Part shown: positions 8,553 to 18,879 of the stretch, piece by piece
Layout: each line of letters opens with the position of its first letter
Position numbering within the stretch: position 1 is the first letter of the stretch
DNA from: Desulfarculia bacterium
Lineage (GTDB): Bacteria > Desulfobacterota > Desulfarculia > G963662305
Direction of reading: 5' to 3'
Assembly (NCBI GenBank): GCA_963662305.1
Contig: OY759351.1
Coordinates: 800,396 to 864,395, forward strand
DNA: 64,000 nucleotides
Translations under genes and position numbers: made by a program
Notes under the pieces: model-generated
The model's input: only the letters and a program-made list of their open reading frames with translations
What the model was told of the DNA's origin: nothing
The model's database searches: none

Positions 8553-10484
8553 TTAAAAATCCTCCTCTTCTTCGTCCTCCAGGGGAATCTCCAACATGCG
8601 GGGGGAATGCTGTGCGTCTTTTGGCAAGGCATCCCCCTCCAGTTGGACCAGGGCGGTTCCCCCCACCAGGGAATCCAGTTCATCCACCGCCTCCCGGGTA
8701 TCGCGGCACTGGTTTTTGAGGTACTCGGCCGAGGCGGCCGATTCCTCGGAACTGGAGGCGTTATCCTGGACAATGCGGTCCATGGCGGCCACGGCGCTAT
8801 TTATCTGGTCGATGGCGTGGGACTGCTCCCGGGAGGCTTCGGCAATTTTGGCTATCAACGCGGCCACTTCTTCCGAACGGCTCACCGACCCCTCGAACCC
8901 GGCCCTGGTCAGGTCCACCAGTTTGGTGCCCCGTTCTATCCGGGTTACGGTATCCTCTATAAGTTCCTGGGTGTTCCGGGCCGCTTCCGCCGCCCTGATG
9001 GCCAGGGCCCGGACCTCGTCCGCCACCACGGCGAAACCGGCGCCCGCCTCGCCGGCCCGGGCCGCCTCCACCGCGGCGTTCAGAGCCAGGAGGTTGGTCT
9101 GAAAAGCTATCTCGTCGATGGACTTTACGATATGGGCTATCTGCCCGCCTGATTCGGCTATTTTGGACATGGACTCGGCCATCTCGGTCATGGCCTGGTT
9201 GGCCTCGGCCAGGGAGGAGGAGGATTCCCTCATCAGGGAATCGGCCTGGGAGGCGCTCCCGGCGTTGGATTTGACCATGGCCGCCATCTGTTCCATGGAG
9301 GCCGAGGTCTCCTCTATGGAGGCGGCCTGAGCCGAAGCGTCCTCGGCCAGTTTACGCCCGGCCGCGGCCACCTCCTCCGAAGCGGTCTGGACCCTGGTCG
9401 CGCCTCGGTTCAAACGGCCGGTCAGGCGCTTCATGGACCGACTTGTGGTCCGGGAGATGAGCAGGGCGATGGCCACGCCCACCACAATGGCCGCAAGACC
9501 CACCACCAGTATCCAAAGCCTGGTCGACTGGGCGGATCCCAACAAAGCCCGGTCACTTATGATTCTGGCCCTGGCCTCGACCCTTATCTTTTTAATGAGC
9601 TCCCTGATGGCCGCCAGGGCGGGCAGGGTCTCCTCGTTGAATATGCTCAGGGCCGCGTCGGTGGCCGAAACCAGATCCTCCTCGGCGGCGATGACCGATT
9701 TAAGCTGCTCTTTGACCTCCCGGTCATTGACCAACGACACGGTTTGGAAGACCTGCAGGGCCTCATCCGTTTTCCCGGCGGACATCAAATCCTGGATCTT
9801 GCGACCGGATTCGTGGAACAGGGCGTGGGGTTCCCGCAGGTTTTCAACGGCCGCCTTCAATTCCGGAAAGTTTTTCATCATCTCCTGGGTTTCCTGGGCC
9901 CTGAGCCATCTTCTCAGGCTGCACTCAGCCGGATCGAACTTGACCCCCAGGTTCACCTCTTCGGGGGCTCCCCCCTGCACAGCGGCCTGGGCCAGTTTCA
10001 GGGCCACCTTGGCCAGCCAGGAGGTCTGCTCCCCCATTGTGATGGACAAGTTAAGAGCCAGACCCGGGTGGGGTTTTTGATATATTTCCTTAATTTCCTT
10101 GGCGGAATCGTGGAGAACCTTGTGCGGGGCCTCGATCTGCTTCAACAGGGGCGCCAGGGACGGGACCAGAGTCTCGGCCTGCCGGCGTTCCGGTCCGAAC
10201 AGCCATTGGCCAAAAGCGCATTGGTGATCGTCCATCTGGACATCGAGTTCTCTGACGGCGGGATTGGTTAAGAAATCGACCACCTTCTGGGACCAGTCAA
10301 CGTGGTCCAGCTCCTTCTGGGCCAAAACCCCGTCCAGCCGGTTGCCCTGGATAACCGACTTGGAGTTTCCCACAATCCCCCCCACTCCCAGGTAGCCCAG
10401 CAATCCCAGCACCACCACCAGGACCAGGACCACGCCGAAACCGAAAAGCATGCGGGTCCCCAAAGTCCACCTGATTCGCCTCAT
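8553..10484 (-). CDS. Methyl-accepting chemotaxis protein with CZB-type ligand-binding region between two TM helices
   Basis: C-terminal MCP signalling domain ([22 protein letters not shown]). Two TM segments. Complete CZB motif HVDW..CAFGQW..HKVLH plus a degenerate second copy. Confidence 0.9.
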   Translation of the reverse strand: MRRIRWTLGTRMLFGFGVVLVLVVVLGLLGYLGVGGIVGNSKSVIQGNRLDGVLAQKELDHVDWSQKVVDFLTNPAVRELDVQMDDHQCAFGQWLFGPERRQAETLVPSLAPLLKQIEAPHKVLHDSAKEIKEIYQKPHPGLALNLSITMGEQTSWLAKVALKLAQAAVQGGAPEEVNLGVKFDPAECSLRRWLRAQETQEMMKNFPELKAAVENLREPHALFHESGRKIQDLMSAGKTDEALQVFQTVSLVNDREVKEQLKSVIAAEEDLVSATDAALSIFNEETLPALAAIRELIKKIRVEARARIISDRALLGSAQSTRLWILVVGLAAIVVGVAIALLISRTTSRSMKRLTGRLNRGATRVQTASEEVAAAGRKLAEDASAQAASIEETSASMEQMAAMVKSNAGSASQADSLMRESSSSLAEANQAMTEMAESMSKIAESGGQIAHIVKSIDEIAFQTNLLALNAAVEAARAGEAGAGFAVVADEVRALAIRAAEAARNTQELIEDTVTRIERGTKLVDLTRAGFEGSVSRSEEVAALIAKIAEASREQSHAIDQINSAVAAMDRIVQDNASSSEESAASAEYLKNQCRDTREAVDELDSLVGGTALVQLEGDALPKDAQHSPRMLEIPLEDEEEEDF

Positions 10485-11089
10485 GCCGCCCTCCTAAAAA
10501 TCCCCTCGGGAATTATCGGGTCCGGATATGGTTGATGATTAAATGAGTTGGTCAGGGTAAAAAGGTTGTTCTATAATAACCCCAAATTGTCATGATGCCA
10601 AATAAAGATAACGAATCAATTCTCCGGATCAATGAGCATATACTCTTAAAGGGGATCTATTGTGGCGGCTTACCGCGATTATGGTATCAACAACATTTAT
10701 TGTAAAGAATGAGGGGGGCCAAATGAGGACTCCGGGTTTTCCCCGGGGATGTTGATGGTCTTTGCTCCCATATTTTTCAGAGGATGAGTCCTGGGTTCGC
10801 CGGCCTCGGCCATGTCCCGGCGGTCTGTCAAAAACACGGAACGTATTTTTGAAACCTACTTATAGATACCTCCGGCAATCGCCCCAGGACGTCAAACTTT
10901 CCCGACCAGGCCAAAGTATCGGACCCGAACCTGCAAATCCGGAAAGCAACGCATCATCGGATAGTATTTATATATCCTTGCAATCTTATTCCGTTATGCC
11001 CTGACCTTTGACACCATCCCCCCATCCGTGCTATTAAAATTTGTTTTAATTAAACTGTCCGGGGGGCATCGGGGTTCTAAGGAGGAGAA

Positions 11090-11941
11090 ATGCACCAGAT
11101 TTTGGAACGGGAGGAGTTGGCCCAGGGTACTGTGGTCAAAAACGTGGTCGCCGCGCCGTTGGTGGCAAAAAAGGCCAAGCCGGGCCAGTTCGTCATCCTG
11201 AGGGTCAACGACACCGGGGAGCGGATTCCCCTGACCATGGCCGACACCGACCCCGACAAGGGGACCATCACCCTCATCTACCAGGTGGTGGGCAAAACCA
11301 CGGCCCTGATGAAGAGCCTCAAGGTGGGAGAAGAATACAAGGACGTGGTCGGTCCCTTGGGCACCCCCACCCACATCGAGAAGACCGGCAAGGTCATCTG
11401 CGTGGGCGGCGGCACCGGAGTGGCCGTGCTGCACCCCATCACCAGGGCTCTTAAAAAGGCCGGCAACCAGGTGACGGCGGTCATCGGCGCCCGGACCAAG
11501 GAGTTGATCATTCTGGAGGAGGAGATGACGGCCGCCTCCCACAACCTCCATGTCTGCACCGACGACGGCTCCTACGGCCACCACGGCTTTGTGACCGACG
11601 TGCTCAAGAGCGAACTCAAGGCCAATCCGGACACCTCCCTGGCGGTCTGTATCGGGCCGGTGCCCATGATGAAGTACTGTTGTCTGATGACCAAGGACTT
11701 CGGGGTCAAGACCATGGTCAGTCTCAACCCGATCATGGTGGACGGAACCGGAATGTGCGGCTGCTGCCGGGTCAGCGTGGGCGACAAGACCAAGTTCGCC
11801 TGTGTGGACGGGCCCGAATTCGACGGCCACGCCGTGGACTTCGACGAGCTCACCCAGCGGCTGGCCGCCTACCGCGAAGACGAGGCCCGGTCCATGGACA
11901 TCTTCCAGGGTAAAGATCACCACTGCACCTGCGGGAAGTAA
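11090..11941 (+). CDS. nfnA: NADH-dependent reduced ferredoxin:NADP+ oxidoreductase subunit A (PyrK/SudB-like)
   Basis: FAD/NAD-binding ferredoxin reductase fold with a C-terminal Cys cluster CGCCRV..C. Followed by its gltD-like partner. Confidence 0.85.
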   Translation: MHQILEREELAQGTVVKNVVAAPLVAKKAKPGQFVILRVNDTGERIPLTMADTDPDKGTITLIYQVVGKTTALMKSLKVGEEYKDVVGPLGTPTHIEKTGKVICVGGGTGVAVLHPITRALKKAGNQVTAVIGARTKELIILEEEMTAASHNLHVCTDDGSYGHHGFVTDVLKSELKANPDTSLAVCIGPVPMMKYCCLMTKDFGVKTMVSLNPIMVDGTGMCGCCRVSVGDKTKFACVDGPEFDGHAVDFDELTQRLAAYREDEARSMDIFQGKDHHCTCGK

Positions 11942-11955
11942 GGGGGTATTTGAAC

Positions 11956-13359
11956 ATGGCCAAGAAAGAGAAGATACCGCGCCAGAAGATGCCCGAGCAG
12001 GCACCCGAAGTCCGCCGCGCCAATTTCCAGGAGGTGCCCCAGGGATTCGACGAGAAGACGGCCGTGCTGGAGGCCTCCCGTTGTCTTCAGTGCAAGAATC
12101 CCTCCTGCGTCACCGGCTGCCCGGTCCAGATCGACATTCCCGGCTTCGTGGGCAAAATCGCCGAGGCCGATTTCAAGGGCGCCATCGAGGTCCTGAAGAG
12201 AAAGACGGCCCTGCCCGCGGTCTGCGGCCGGGTCTGCCCCCAGGAGGAGCAGTGCGAGGCCCAGTGTATCCTGGGCAAGAAGGACTCCCCGGTGGCCATC
12301 GGCTACCTGGAGCGGTTCACCGCCGACTGGGAGAGGACCCAGGGCGCCTTTGAGATGCCCGCCATCCCGCCCAAAACCGGCAATAAGGTGGCCGTGGTGG
12401 GCTCCGGCCCCTCGGGCGTGACCGTGGCCGGCGACCTGATCCTCAAGGGCCACGACGTGACCATCTTCGAGGCCTTCCACGCCGCCGGCGGGGTGCTGGT
12501 CTACGGCATCCCCGAGTTCCGGCTGCCCAAGGCCATCGTCCAGAACGAGATGGACAACCTGGCCAAGCTGGGCGTGGAGTTCCGCCTCAACTCGGTCATC
12601 GGCCAGACCCAGACCATCGACGAACTGATGAACGAAGAGGGCTTCGACGCGGTCTACGTGGGGGTCGGCGCGGGACTGCCCCGCTTCCTGGGCGTGCCCG
12701 GCGAGAACCTCATCGGGATCTACTCGGCCAACGAATACCTGACCAGGTCCAACCTGATGAAGGCCTACCGCTTCCCCGAGTACGACACCCCCATTGTCAA
12801 AGGCAAGAACGTGGCCGTGTTCGGAGCCGGAAACGTGGCCATGGATTCGGCCCGGACCGCCCTGCGCATGGGCGCGGAAAAGGTCCGCATCGTCTACCGC
12901 CGTTCCCAGGAGGAGATGCCGGCCAGGGCCGAGGAGATCCACCACGGCAAGGACGAGGGTATCGAGTTCCACTTGCTGACCATGCCCACCCAGTTCTTCG
13001 GCGACGAGAACGGCCGGGTCCGGGGCATGGAGTGCCTCCAGTGCGAACTGGGCGAGCCGGACGAGTCGGGCCGCTGCCGCCCCGAATCCATCGACAACTC
13101 CGAGTTCACCATGGAGTGCGATCTGGTCATCATCGCCGTGGGCTCCGGAGCCAACCCGGTCCTGACCCGGGGAACCCCGGACCTGGCCCTGAACAAGTGG
13201 GGCTACATTGAGGCCGACCCGGCCACAGGTAAAACCAAGAAAAAAGGCGTCTGGGCCGGAGGCGATATCGTCACCGGCGCGGCCACGGTCATCCTGGCCA
13301 TGGGTGCGGGCCGCCAGGCGGCCGACTCCATCCATGACTACCTGACCTGGGGCTGGTAG
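11956..13359 (+). CDS. nfnB: NfnB / glutamate synthase small-chain-like NADPH oxidoreductase
   Basis: GltD/SudA family with N-terminal Fe-S Cys motifs and VAVVGSGPSG. ATG 11956 is preferred over TTG 11950. Confidence 0.9.
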   Translation: MAKKEKIPRQKMPEQAPEVRRANFQEVPQGFDEKTAVLEASRCLQCKNPSCVTGCPVQIDIPGFVGKIAEADFKGAIEVLKRKTALPAVCGRVCPQEEQCEAQCILGKKDSPVAIGYLERFTADWERTQGAFEMPAIPPKTGNKVAVVGSGPSGVTVAGDLILKGHDVTIFEAFHAAGGVLVYGIPEFRLPKAIVQNEMDNLAKLGVEFRLNSVIGQTQTIDELMNEEGFDAVYVGVGAGLPRFLGVPGENLIGIYSANEYLTRSNLMKAYRFPEYDTPIVKGKNVAVFGAGNVAMDSARTALRMGAEKVRIVYRRSQEEMPARAEEIHHGKDEGIEFHLLTMPTQFFGDENGRVRGMECLQCELGEPDESGRCRPESIDNSEFTMECDLVIIAVGSGANPVLTRGTPDLALNKWGYIEADPATGKTKKKGVWAGGDIVTGAATVILAMGAGRQAADSIHDYLTWGW

Positions 13360-13381
13360 ACTGAACCTATAACTTCGGGAA

Positions 13382-13465
13382 CCCGGGGGACCCTTTTTGC
13401 AAAAGAGTCCCCCGGGCCCCTCCCAAAACCTTTAAGGGCCATATTGAGCTGCGCTCAATATGGCC
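13382..13465 (+). repeat. REP-like bipartite palindromic element
   Basis: cccgggggaccctttttgcaaaagagtcccccggg, then cccctcccaaaaccttt, then ggccatattgagc-tgc-gctcaatatggcc. Lies directly 3' of nfnB. Confidence 0.75.
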
Positions 13466-13479
13466 TCACCTTTTACAAA

Positions 13480-13870
13480 TTCATCTTTCCGTATTGACAC
13501 CCGCCCATGAATATGGGCGGCCTCCTTATAAAGCGGCCTATCTTTCCTTTAGCTCTAACGTATACGGGGTCTGTAGGGTTGTTCCAAATACCCCTTCGGT
13601 ATGAAAGGCAACTTTGGTTTAGAATCGCCCCGAGAAGAATGTGTTTTGGCGAGCGGGGTTCCAAGGGGCCGGCGAGCTTTTTGGACCGCAAAAAGCGAAG
13701 AGGCCCCTTGGCCCTATCGGAGCGACCGCCGGAGGCAGACTGTATTGTCGGTGTCAGAGACGCAACCCCGACACCACTTGGATGAGAAAAAATCCCCCCT
13801 CACCCTGACCCTCTCCCCTCCCAGGGGAAAAAGATTCTTATGGGGTCGAACCGCCGGAGGCACCCTGTAA
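13480..13870 (+). repeat. Conserved structured non-coding element, copy B
   Basis: Starts with hairpin ccgcccatgaatatgggcgg (13501-13520). Blocks ggggtctgtagggt, gaatcgccc...ccttggccct and ggtgtcagagacgcaaccccgacaccacttgg match copy A. Confidence 0.6.
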
Positions 13871-13878
13871 GGAGCCCC

Positions 13879-14247
13879 TCACCTTAAAAAATCGGACAAG
13901 TAATGGGGCCTGGCCACTCCGTACCTATCCGCCAGGTAGTAGGCCACATCCCAGGGTTCGGCCACGAAATAGCGCCCGTTGTACTCCTGCAGCGTGTATC
14001 CGGTCGTCTCCCCCTGTTCCGGTTTGCCGGCCATCACCACCACCGGGGCGGACTGGTTCTCCTCGCCCAGCAGCCTGACTATGGCCGGCCGGGGCCGGCT
14101 GAAGTCCACGTAGCTGATTTCCAGCTCCCCCCGGAGATGGGGATAATAGCTCAGGACCCCTTCCACCAGAGAGCAGCCGGGGCAGAAGTAAAGCTCCCCC
14201 TTATCCTTAAAATCGGGCTTGAGAAGAAACAGCCTGTCCTTGCTCAC
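13879..14247 (-). CDS. DUF3088-like small protein
   Basis: The pattern FLLKPDF..FCPGC..VEGVL..YP..VDFSRPRP recalls the DUF3088 family. GTG start with AGGGGG upstream. Confidence 0.5.
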   Translation of the reverse strand: MSKDRLFLLKPDFKDKGELYFCPGCSLVEGVLSYYPHLRGELEISYVDFSRPRPAIVRLLGEENQSAPVVVMAGKPEQGETTGYTLQEYNGRYFVAEPWDVAYYLADRYGVARPHYLSDFLR

Positions 14248-14312
14248 GGCTTTCGCCCCCTGTCATGGCGTTGGGCGGACAGGAGCATTTTACTCCAAGC
14301 CGCGCGGCCGAC

Positions 14313-15083
14313 CTACAGATATCCACCGAAGGGCCGCCTGACCGCGGCTGAATGGGCCCAGTCGATGAGGGTGCTGAAATCGTAGACCGGAAGCCGGACC
14401 GCCTCCTGCACGGCCCAGGCGTGGGCCGGAAAGAGGCTGCACTCCAGCAGAAAGGCCCCTATCTCCGGCTCCCGGTTGACCATCCCCCTGGCCAGGTCCA
14501 ACAAGCCCTGCTCCAGTTTATGGGCGTTGTAATGGCCCGTCCCCTTCAGAATCTTTTCCATCTCCGGGAGGATTTCGGCCCCGCTGATGACCAAACGAGA
14601 TCGGTCCTCCACCCCACAGTTTTTCAGGACCGGAGCGGTCTTAAGAACTTTTCCGTCGGCGCAGAGGATACCGATCTTTTTGCGCGGCCCCAGGGAGCGG
14701 AGGATCAGGGGGATTTGCAGCAGGCTGGAGAAAAAACAGGGCGTGTTCAGTTCACTGACCACCTCCGGGAGGTAATTGGCGAAATAGCCGCAGGCCCCCA
14801 CTATGGCCCGGCAGCCTTGTTGCTCCAGATATTTTCCGGCCTGGATGAGTTGGGCCAGGACCTTCGGGTCGGGACGGTCAGAAACAACGCTCTCCACCGA
14901 GGCGGCCGGGATGGAAGTATATAGAACCGGATAGTTGAAGGTGGTGGCGTTCTCCACGCTGCCCGGCGGCAGGGCGTAACCGGCCTGGCCGAACAGGATG
15001 ATCCCGACTGCCGCGCCGGCCACCACCCGGCCTTGGCCGGAGTAAAGCTCCTCGTCCCTGAGACCCGGGGCATAGGCATACAT
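14313..15083 (-). CDS. Asp/Glu/hydantoin racemase-family protein
   Basis: Motifs IVGACGYF and FLLECSLF are typical of this superfamily. Start trimmed to ATG 15083, preceded by AAGGAGG. The upstream track extension runs into a REP element. Confidence 0.65.
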   Translation of the reverse strand: MYAYAPGLRDEELYSGQGRVVAGAAVGIILFGQAGYALPPGSVENATTFNYPVLYTSIPAASVESVVSDRPDPKVLAQLIQAGKYLEQQGCRAIVGACGYFANYLPEVVSELNTPCFFSSLLQIPLILRSLGPRKKIGILCADGKVLKTAPVLKNCGVEDRSRLVISGAEILPEMEKILKGTGHYNAHKLEQGLLDLARGMVNREPEIGAFLLECSLFPAHAWAVQEAVRLPVYDFSTLIDWAHSAAVRRPFGGYL

Positions 15084-15116
15084 GGCCGCCTCCTTGTGAG
15101 AATTGATGGAACAGAC

Positions 15117-15202
15117 GGGGGGAATCTTTTTGTAAAAGATTCCCCCCGCACCCCCCTTCAAAACATCATCACGGCTTGATCGAGCAAGGCTCGGTCAAGC
15201 CG
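15117..15202 (+). repeat. REP-like bipartite palindromic element
   Basis: ggggggaatctttttgtaaaagattcccccc, then ccccccttcaaaac, then cggcttgatcgagc-aag-gctcggtcaagccg. Confidence 0.75.
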
Positions 15203-15277
15203 ACTCAACGTAATTACAGGATAATGAACCGCTCCTCCGCCAAAAACTTTTATCGGCCATTAAAACAACATCTATTC

Positions 15278-15359
15278 CGCTTTATCAAGCCTGGCTTGAT
15301 AAAGCGGTAAAAGTTTTGGGATGGGTTTGGGAAACCCTTTTTCAAAAGGGTTTCCCAAA
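15278..15359 (-). repeat. REP-like bipartite palindromic element (inverted)
   Basis: ccgctttatcaagc-ctg-gcttgataaagcgg, then taaaagttttgggatggg, then tttgggaaaccctttttcaaaagggtttcccaaa. Lies 3' of dctM. Confidence 0.75.
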
Positions 15360-15371
15360 ATTCTTCATTCC

Positions 15372-16760
15372 CTATCCGATCATTTTGTTGGGCAGCCACA
15401 GGGCCAGCTCCGGCCAGATGCAGACCGAGGCGATGACGATCCCTTCGATGATGACAAAGGGCAGCACCCCCCACAGCACCTGGGAGAGGGGCACATCCGG
15501 GGCGATGCCCTTGACGATGTAGAGGTTCAGCCCCACCGGCGGAGTGACCAGCCCGATCTCCAGGTTGACGGTCATGATCACGGCGAACCAGACCGGATCG
15601 AACCCCAGACCGGTGATGACCGGCAGGAGGAGCGGCCCGACCATGAGGATCACTGCCGCCGGGGGAATGAAAAATCCCAGGATCAGCAGCAGGATATTGA
15701 TGACGATGATGATTCCCCACTTGCCCAAAGGCAGAGTCAGGATTAGTTCGGCCAGGGACTGGGTGACGTACAGGTCCGAGCAGACGAAGCTGAACAGGAG
15801 GGCCGCGGCCATGATCATGAGGATCATGCTGGATTCGGTGAGGGCCTTGGTCAGGATGAAACGGAGGTCTTTCCAGCGGTAGATGCGGTAGATGGCCATG
15901 ACCAGCACCAGGGACAGGACCGCTCCCACTCCGGCCGCCTCCGAAGGGGTGGCCCAGCCCCCGTAAAGGGACCCCATTATGCCGAAGATGATCAGGATAA
16001 AGGGAAGCACCCGGGGCAGATAGGAGAGCTGCTGGCGCAGGGTGAAGTGCTCCCGCCAGACCCCGTCCGGGCTGACCCTCCCGCCCAGGCCCCCGGCTTT
16101 TGTTACCGCCTCATGGCGGCTTATCTCCAACTCGTCGGCTTTTATCCTTCGTCCCGCAGTGGTGTAGCGGAAATAGAAGACCACCCAGATGCAGGACAGC
16201 AGGATCTCCAGCAGTCCGGGCAGAATGCCGGCGATGAAGCACTTGCCGATGGAGGTCTCGGTGGCGATGCCGTAGAGGATCATGGTGATGGAGGGCGGGA
16301 TAAGGATGCCGAAGGTTCCGGCGTGGGCGATGAGTCCGCAGGCCAGGGAGGGCGGGTAGCCCCGCCGCCGCATCTCGGGGATGCCGATGCCGCCGATGGC
16401 TGCGGCCGTGGCCGGGGAGGAGCCGCACAGGGCGGCGAAGACCCCGCAGGCCAGCATGGAGCTTATCCCCAAGCCCCCCGGAAGACGATAGAGCCAGCGG
16501 TGGATGGCCTCGTACAGATCTGCCGAGGCCCGGGAGGCGGCGATGGGCGCCGAGAGGAGGATGAACAGGGGGATGGCCAGCAGGGCGAAGCTGTCCATGG
16601 CCCCGAAAAGAATGTGGGGCATGGTCGCGAGCAGGGTGGGGTTGAAGATGGTGATATAGAGCAGCGACACCCCGGCCAGTCCGGCCCAGATGGGGATTCC
16701 CGAAAGAAGGATGACCAAGGCGCTTCCGAAGACCAGGACAGAGAGAAGCTGTTCATCCAT
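15372..16760 (-). CDS. dctM: TRAP transporter large permease
   Basis: Polytopic membrane protein of DctM length and pattern. Overlaps the dctQ stop. Confidence 0.9.
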   Translation of the reverse strand: MDEQLLSVLVFGSALVILLSGIPIWAGLAGVSLLYITIFNPTLLATMPHILFGAMDSFALLAIPLFILLSAPIAASRASADLYEAIHRWLYRLPGGLGISSMLACGVFAALCGSSPATAAAIGGIGIPEMRRRGYPPSLACGLIAHAGTFGILIPPSITMILYGIATETSIGKCFIAGILPGLLEILLSCIWVVFYFRYTTAGRRIKADELEISRHEAVTKAGGLGGRVSPDGVWREHFTLRQQLSYLPRVLPFILIIFGIMGSLYGGWATPSEAAGVGAVLSLVLVMAIYRIYRWKDLRFILTKALTESSMILMIMAAALLFSFVCSDLYVTQSLAELILTLPLGKWGIIIVINILLLILGFFIPPAAVILMVGPLLLPVITGLGFDPVWFAVIMTVNLEIGLVTPPVGLNLYIVKGIAPDVPLSQVLWGVLPFVIIEGIVIASVCIWPELALWLPNKMIG

Positions 16761-17361
16761 TATCTTTGCCCTCCCCGGCCGGGGTTTCGGCCGCGGGAGG
16801 TATTTCCACCTCCTTCAACTCGGTCCGGACTGCCTCCACGGCGTAGGTGCCCTCCTTTATCGCCTTGAACTTGCGAATTATCTGGACCACATACTGGAAA
16901 AAAAGGAGGCTCATGCCCAGGGGCAGAAACAGATAAGGGATCCACAGCGGCGGGCCCCATAGAGATTCGGAGTGCTCGTTGGCGATCAGCCCCTGCCACC
17001 ACATGGGCCAGGCGAACCGGGCGATGACCAGGCACAAGACGCAGGAGACCACCGCGCTGATCAGAAGGGCTACCTCCCTGGCTTTGGGCGAGAGGTGGAT
17101 CACCACCAGATCCACGTTGAGGTGGTGCTCTCTTTTCTGGGTCAGGGCGGCTCCCACGAAGCAGGCGTACATCAAAAGAAAGATGGAGGCCTCTATCTGC
17201 CAGATGGTGGACTGCCCCAGAACCTTCCTGACCAGGACCCCCTCGGTCACGATCAGGGCGGCGGCCAGAATGGCCAAGGCTCCGATCAGCCCTGTGGCCT
17301 CGCTCAGCTTCCCCACAACACGGCCCCACCCGCCCTTGCTTTCTTCCGCCCGGTCCGACAT
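16753..17361 (-). CDS. dctQ: TRAP transporter small permease
   Basis: Four-TM DctQ-like protein. ATG 17361 with GAGGAGAGG upstream is preferred over TTG 17376. Confidence 0.8.
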   Translation of the reverse strand: MSDRAEESKGGWGRVVGKLSEATGLIGALAILAAALIVTEGVLVRKVLGQSTIWQIEASIFLLMYACFVGAALTQKREHHLNVDLVVIHLSPKAREVALLISAVVSCVLCLVIARFAWPMWWQGLIANEHSESLWGPPLWIPYLFLPLGMSLLFFQYVVQIIRKFKAIKEGTYAVEAVRTELKEVEIPPAAETPAGEGKDNG

Positions 17362-17522
17362 GGCCTCTCCTCGCAATCCATCAGGTTGATTATTTACTTA
17401 CCCGGCAGACCCGCAGTTTGCCGGGCTTCGTCCTCGGGGAACTCCAGGCGGACCGAACCGGCGGATCAGTCCGGCCATTTATCCGGCCGGCCGAGTGAAC
17501 CGGTCCGGCCGGGGCGTCGAGG

Positions 17523-18530
17523 CTAGTCCATGGCCTTGAGGGCCAGATCCAGAAGCTCCTGCCCGCCTTCGACCGTGTCGGCGAAGTTCTTCCAGGCGGT
17601 CTTTTTGGCGAATTCCAGCCATTGGCCGAACTCGTCCTTGGTCATGTAGTGGATCTCCACCTCGGCCTTGGAGTAGGCCTCGATCTGGGCCTGGGTGGTG
17701 GAGGCCATGAGGGGCACGATCTCCTTCTCGTTCATCTCCTCGGCCACCTGGGAGAAAACCTTCTGCTGCTCCGGGCTCAGTTTCGCCCAGGACTTGAGCG
17801 ACATGCAGACCGGTTCGCCCATGAACCAGATGGAGTAATCGCGGGGGATGTTGATGAACTTAAGCTGTTCGTAGAGGCGGTAGGAGACGAAAGAACCGGT
17901 GGAGGTCAGGGCCGAATTCAGAACCCCGGTGGCCAGGGCGTGGTAGATCTCGGAGGAGGGCATGGAGGTGATGGAGGCCCCGCCTTCCTTGAGCATGTAT
18001 TCGAACTTCTTGCCGGCCGCCCTCATCTTCAAACCTTTGGCGTCCTCCGGCAACTTGACCTGTTTGGCGGTCGAGCCGGGGCCTCCCGGCAGCCAGACCC
18101 AGAGCAGGATTTTGACTCCGTTGGCCTCGGCTAGGGCCTCGATCTTTTTGCCGATCTCCTTTTTCCGCCAGTCCTGGGCCTTTTGCAGAGAATCCACGAT
18201 GCAGGGCATCAGGGTGATGGAGAACTGGGGAACCTTGCCTGCGGCGTAATCCAGGGGGAAGAGGGACATGTCCAGGGCGCCCTGCTTCATGGCGTCCCAC
18301 TGGGCCCGGGGACCGTAAAGCGATTTGGCCGGGTAGACCCGGATGTCCACTTCGCCCTTGAGCTTCTCGCTCACCTTCTTGCCGAAGTTTCTGATCACCT
18401 GGTCCCGGACATCGCCTTCGGCGAATTGATGGGAGGCCTTCAGCCTGAGCTTTTTAGCCTGGGCCGGTACGGTCCCCAAAGCCAGAACGACCAATGCGGC
18501 GATGACGACCCTTAAGATGCTTCTAGTCAT
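17523..18530 (-). CDS. dctP: TRAP transporter substrate-binding protein
   Basis: DctP-family sequence with signal peptide MTRSILRVVIAALVVLALGTVPAQA. Start trimmed to 18530 (GGGAGGG RBS). Confidence 0.9.
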   Translation of the reverse strand: MTRSILRVVIAALVVLALGTVPAQAKKLRLKASHQFAEGDVRDQVIRNFGKKVSEKLKGEVDIRVYPAKSLYGPRAQWDAMKQGALDMSLFPLDYAAGKVPQFSITLMPCIVDSLQKAQDWRKKEIGKKIEALAEANGVKILLWVWLPGGPGSTAKQVKLPEDAKGLKMRAAGKKFEYMLKEGGASITSMPSSEIYHALATGVLNSALTSTGSFVSYRLYEQLKFINIPRDYSIWFMGEPVCMSLKSWAKLSPEQQKVFSQVAEEMNEKEIVPLMASTTQAQIEAYSKAEVEIHYMTKDEFGQWLEFAKKTAWKNFADTVEGGQELLDLALKAMD

Positions 18531-18879
18531 GTCCACCCTCCCCTGATTTGGTGTTAACTGGTTGTTATTGCAGAATATAGACTCCTCCCCTCCGGAACCG
18601 CAGACCTTGGTCGGCGGTGGGCCGGGGCCCGGCAAAAAACATTCCCTCGACCGGAATCTAAACCCAGGGAGACCTGTCCGATTTCGCAACGACCAACTTG
18701 ATATTGTTATAATAAAAGATACCGGCAACCCATTCCGTTCCCCGGACGGCTTCCCCGATTACCAGCGGACGACCAATTCCGCTCCGCGGTTCGCTGACCC
18801 CCCCGCGGAATCTCTATATCATTACCACCTACAGGCCTTGCGAAACAAGGCCCTACCGGATTTTTTCGGCTCCGGGACC

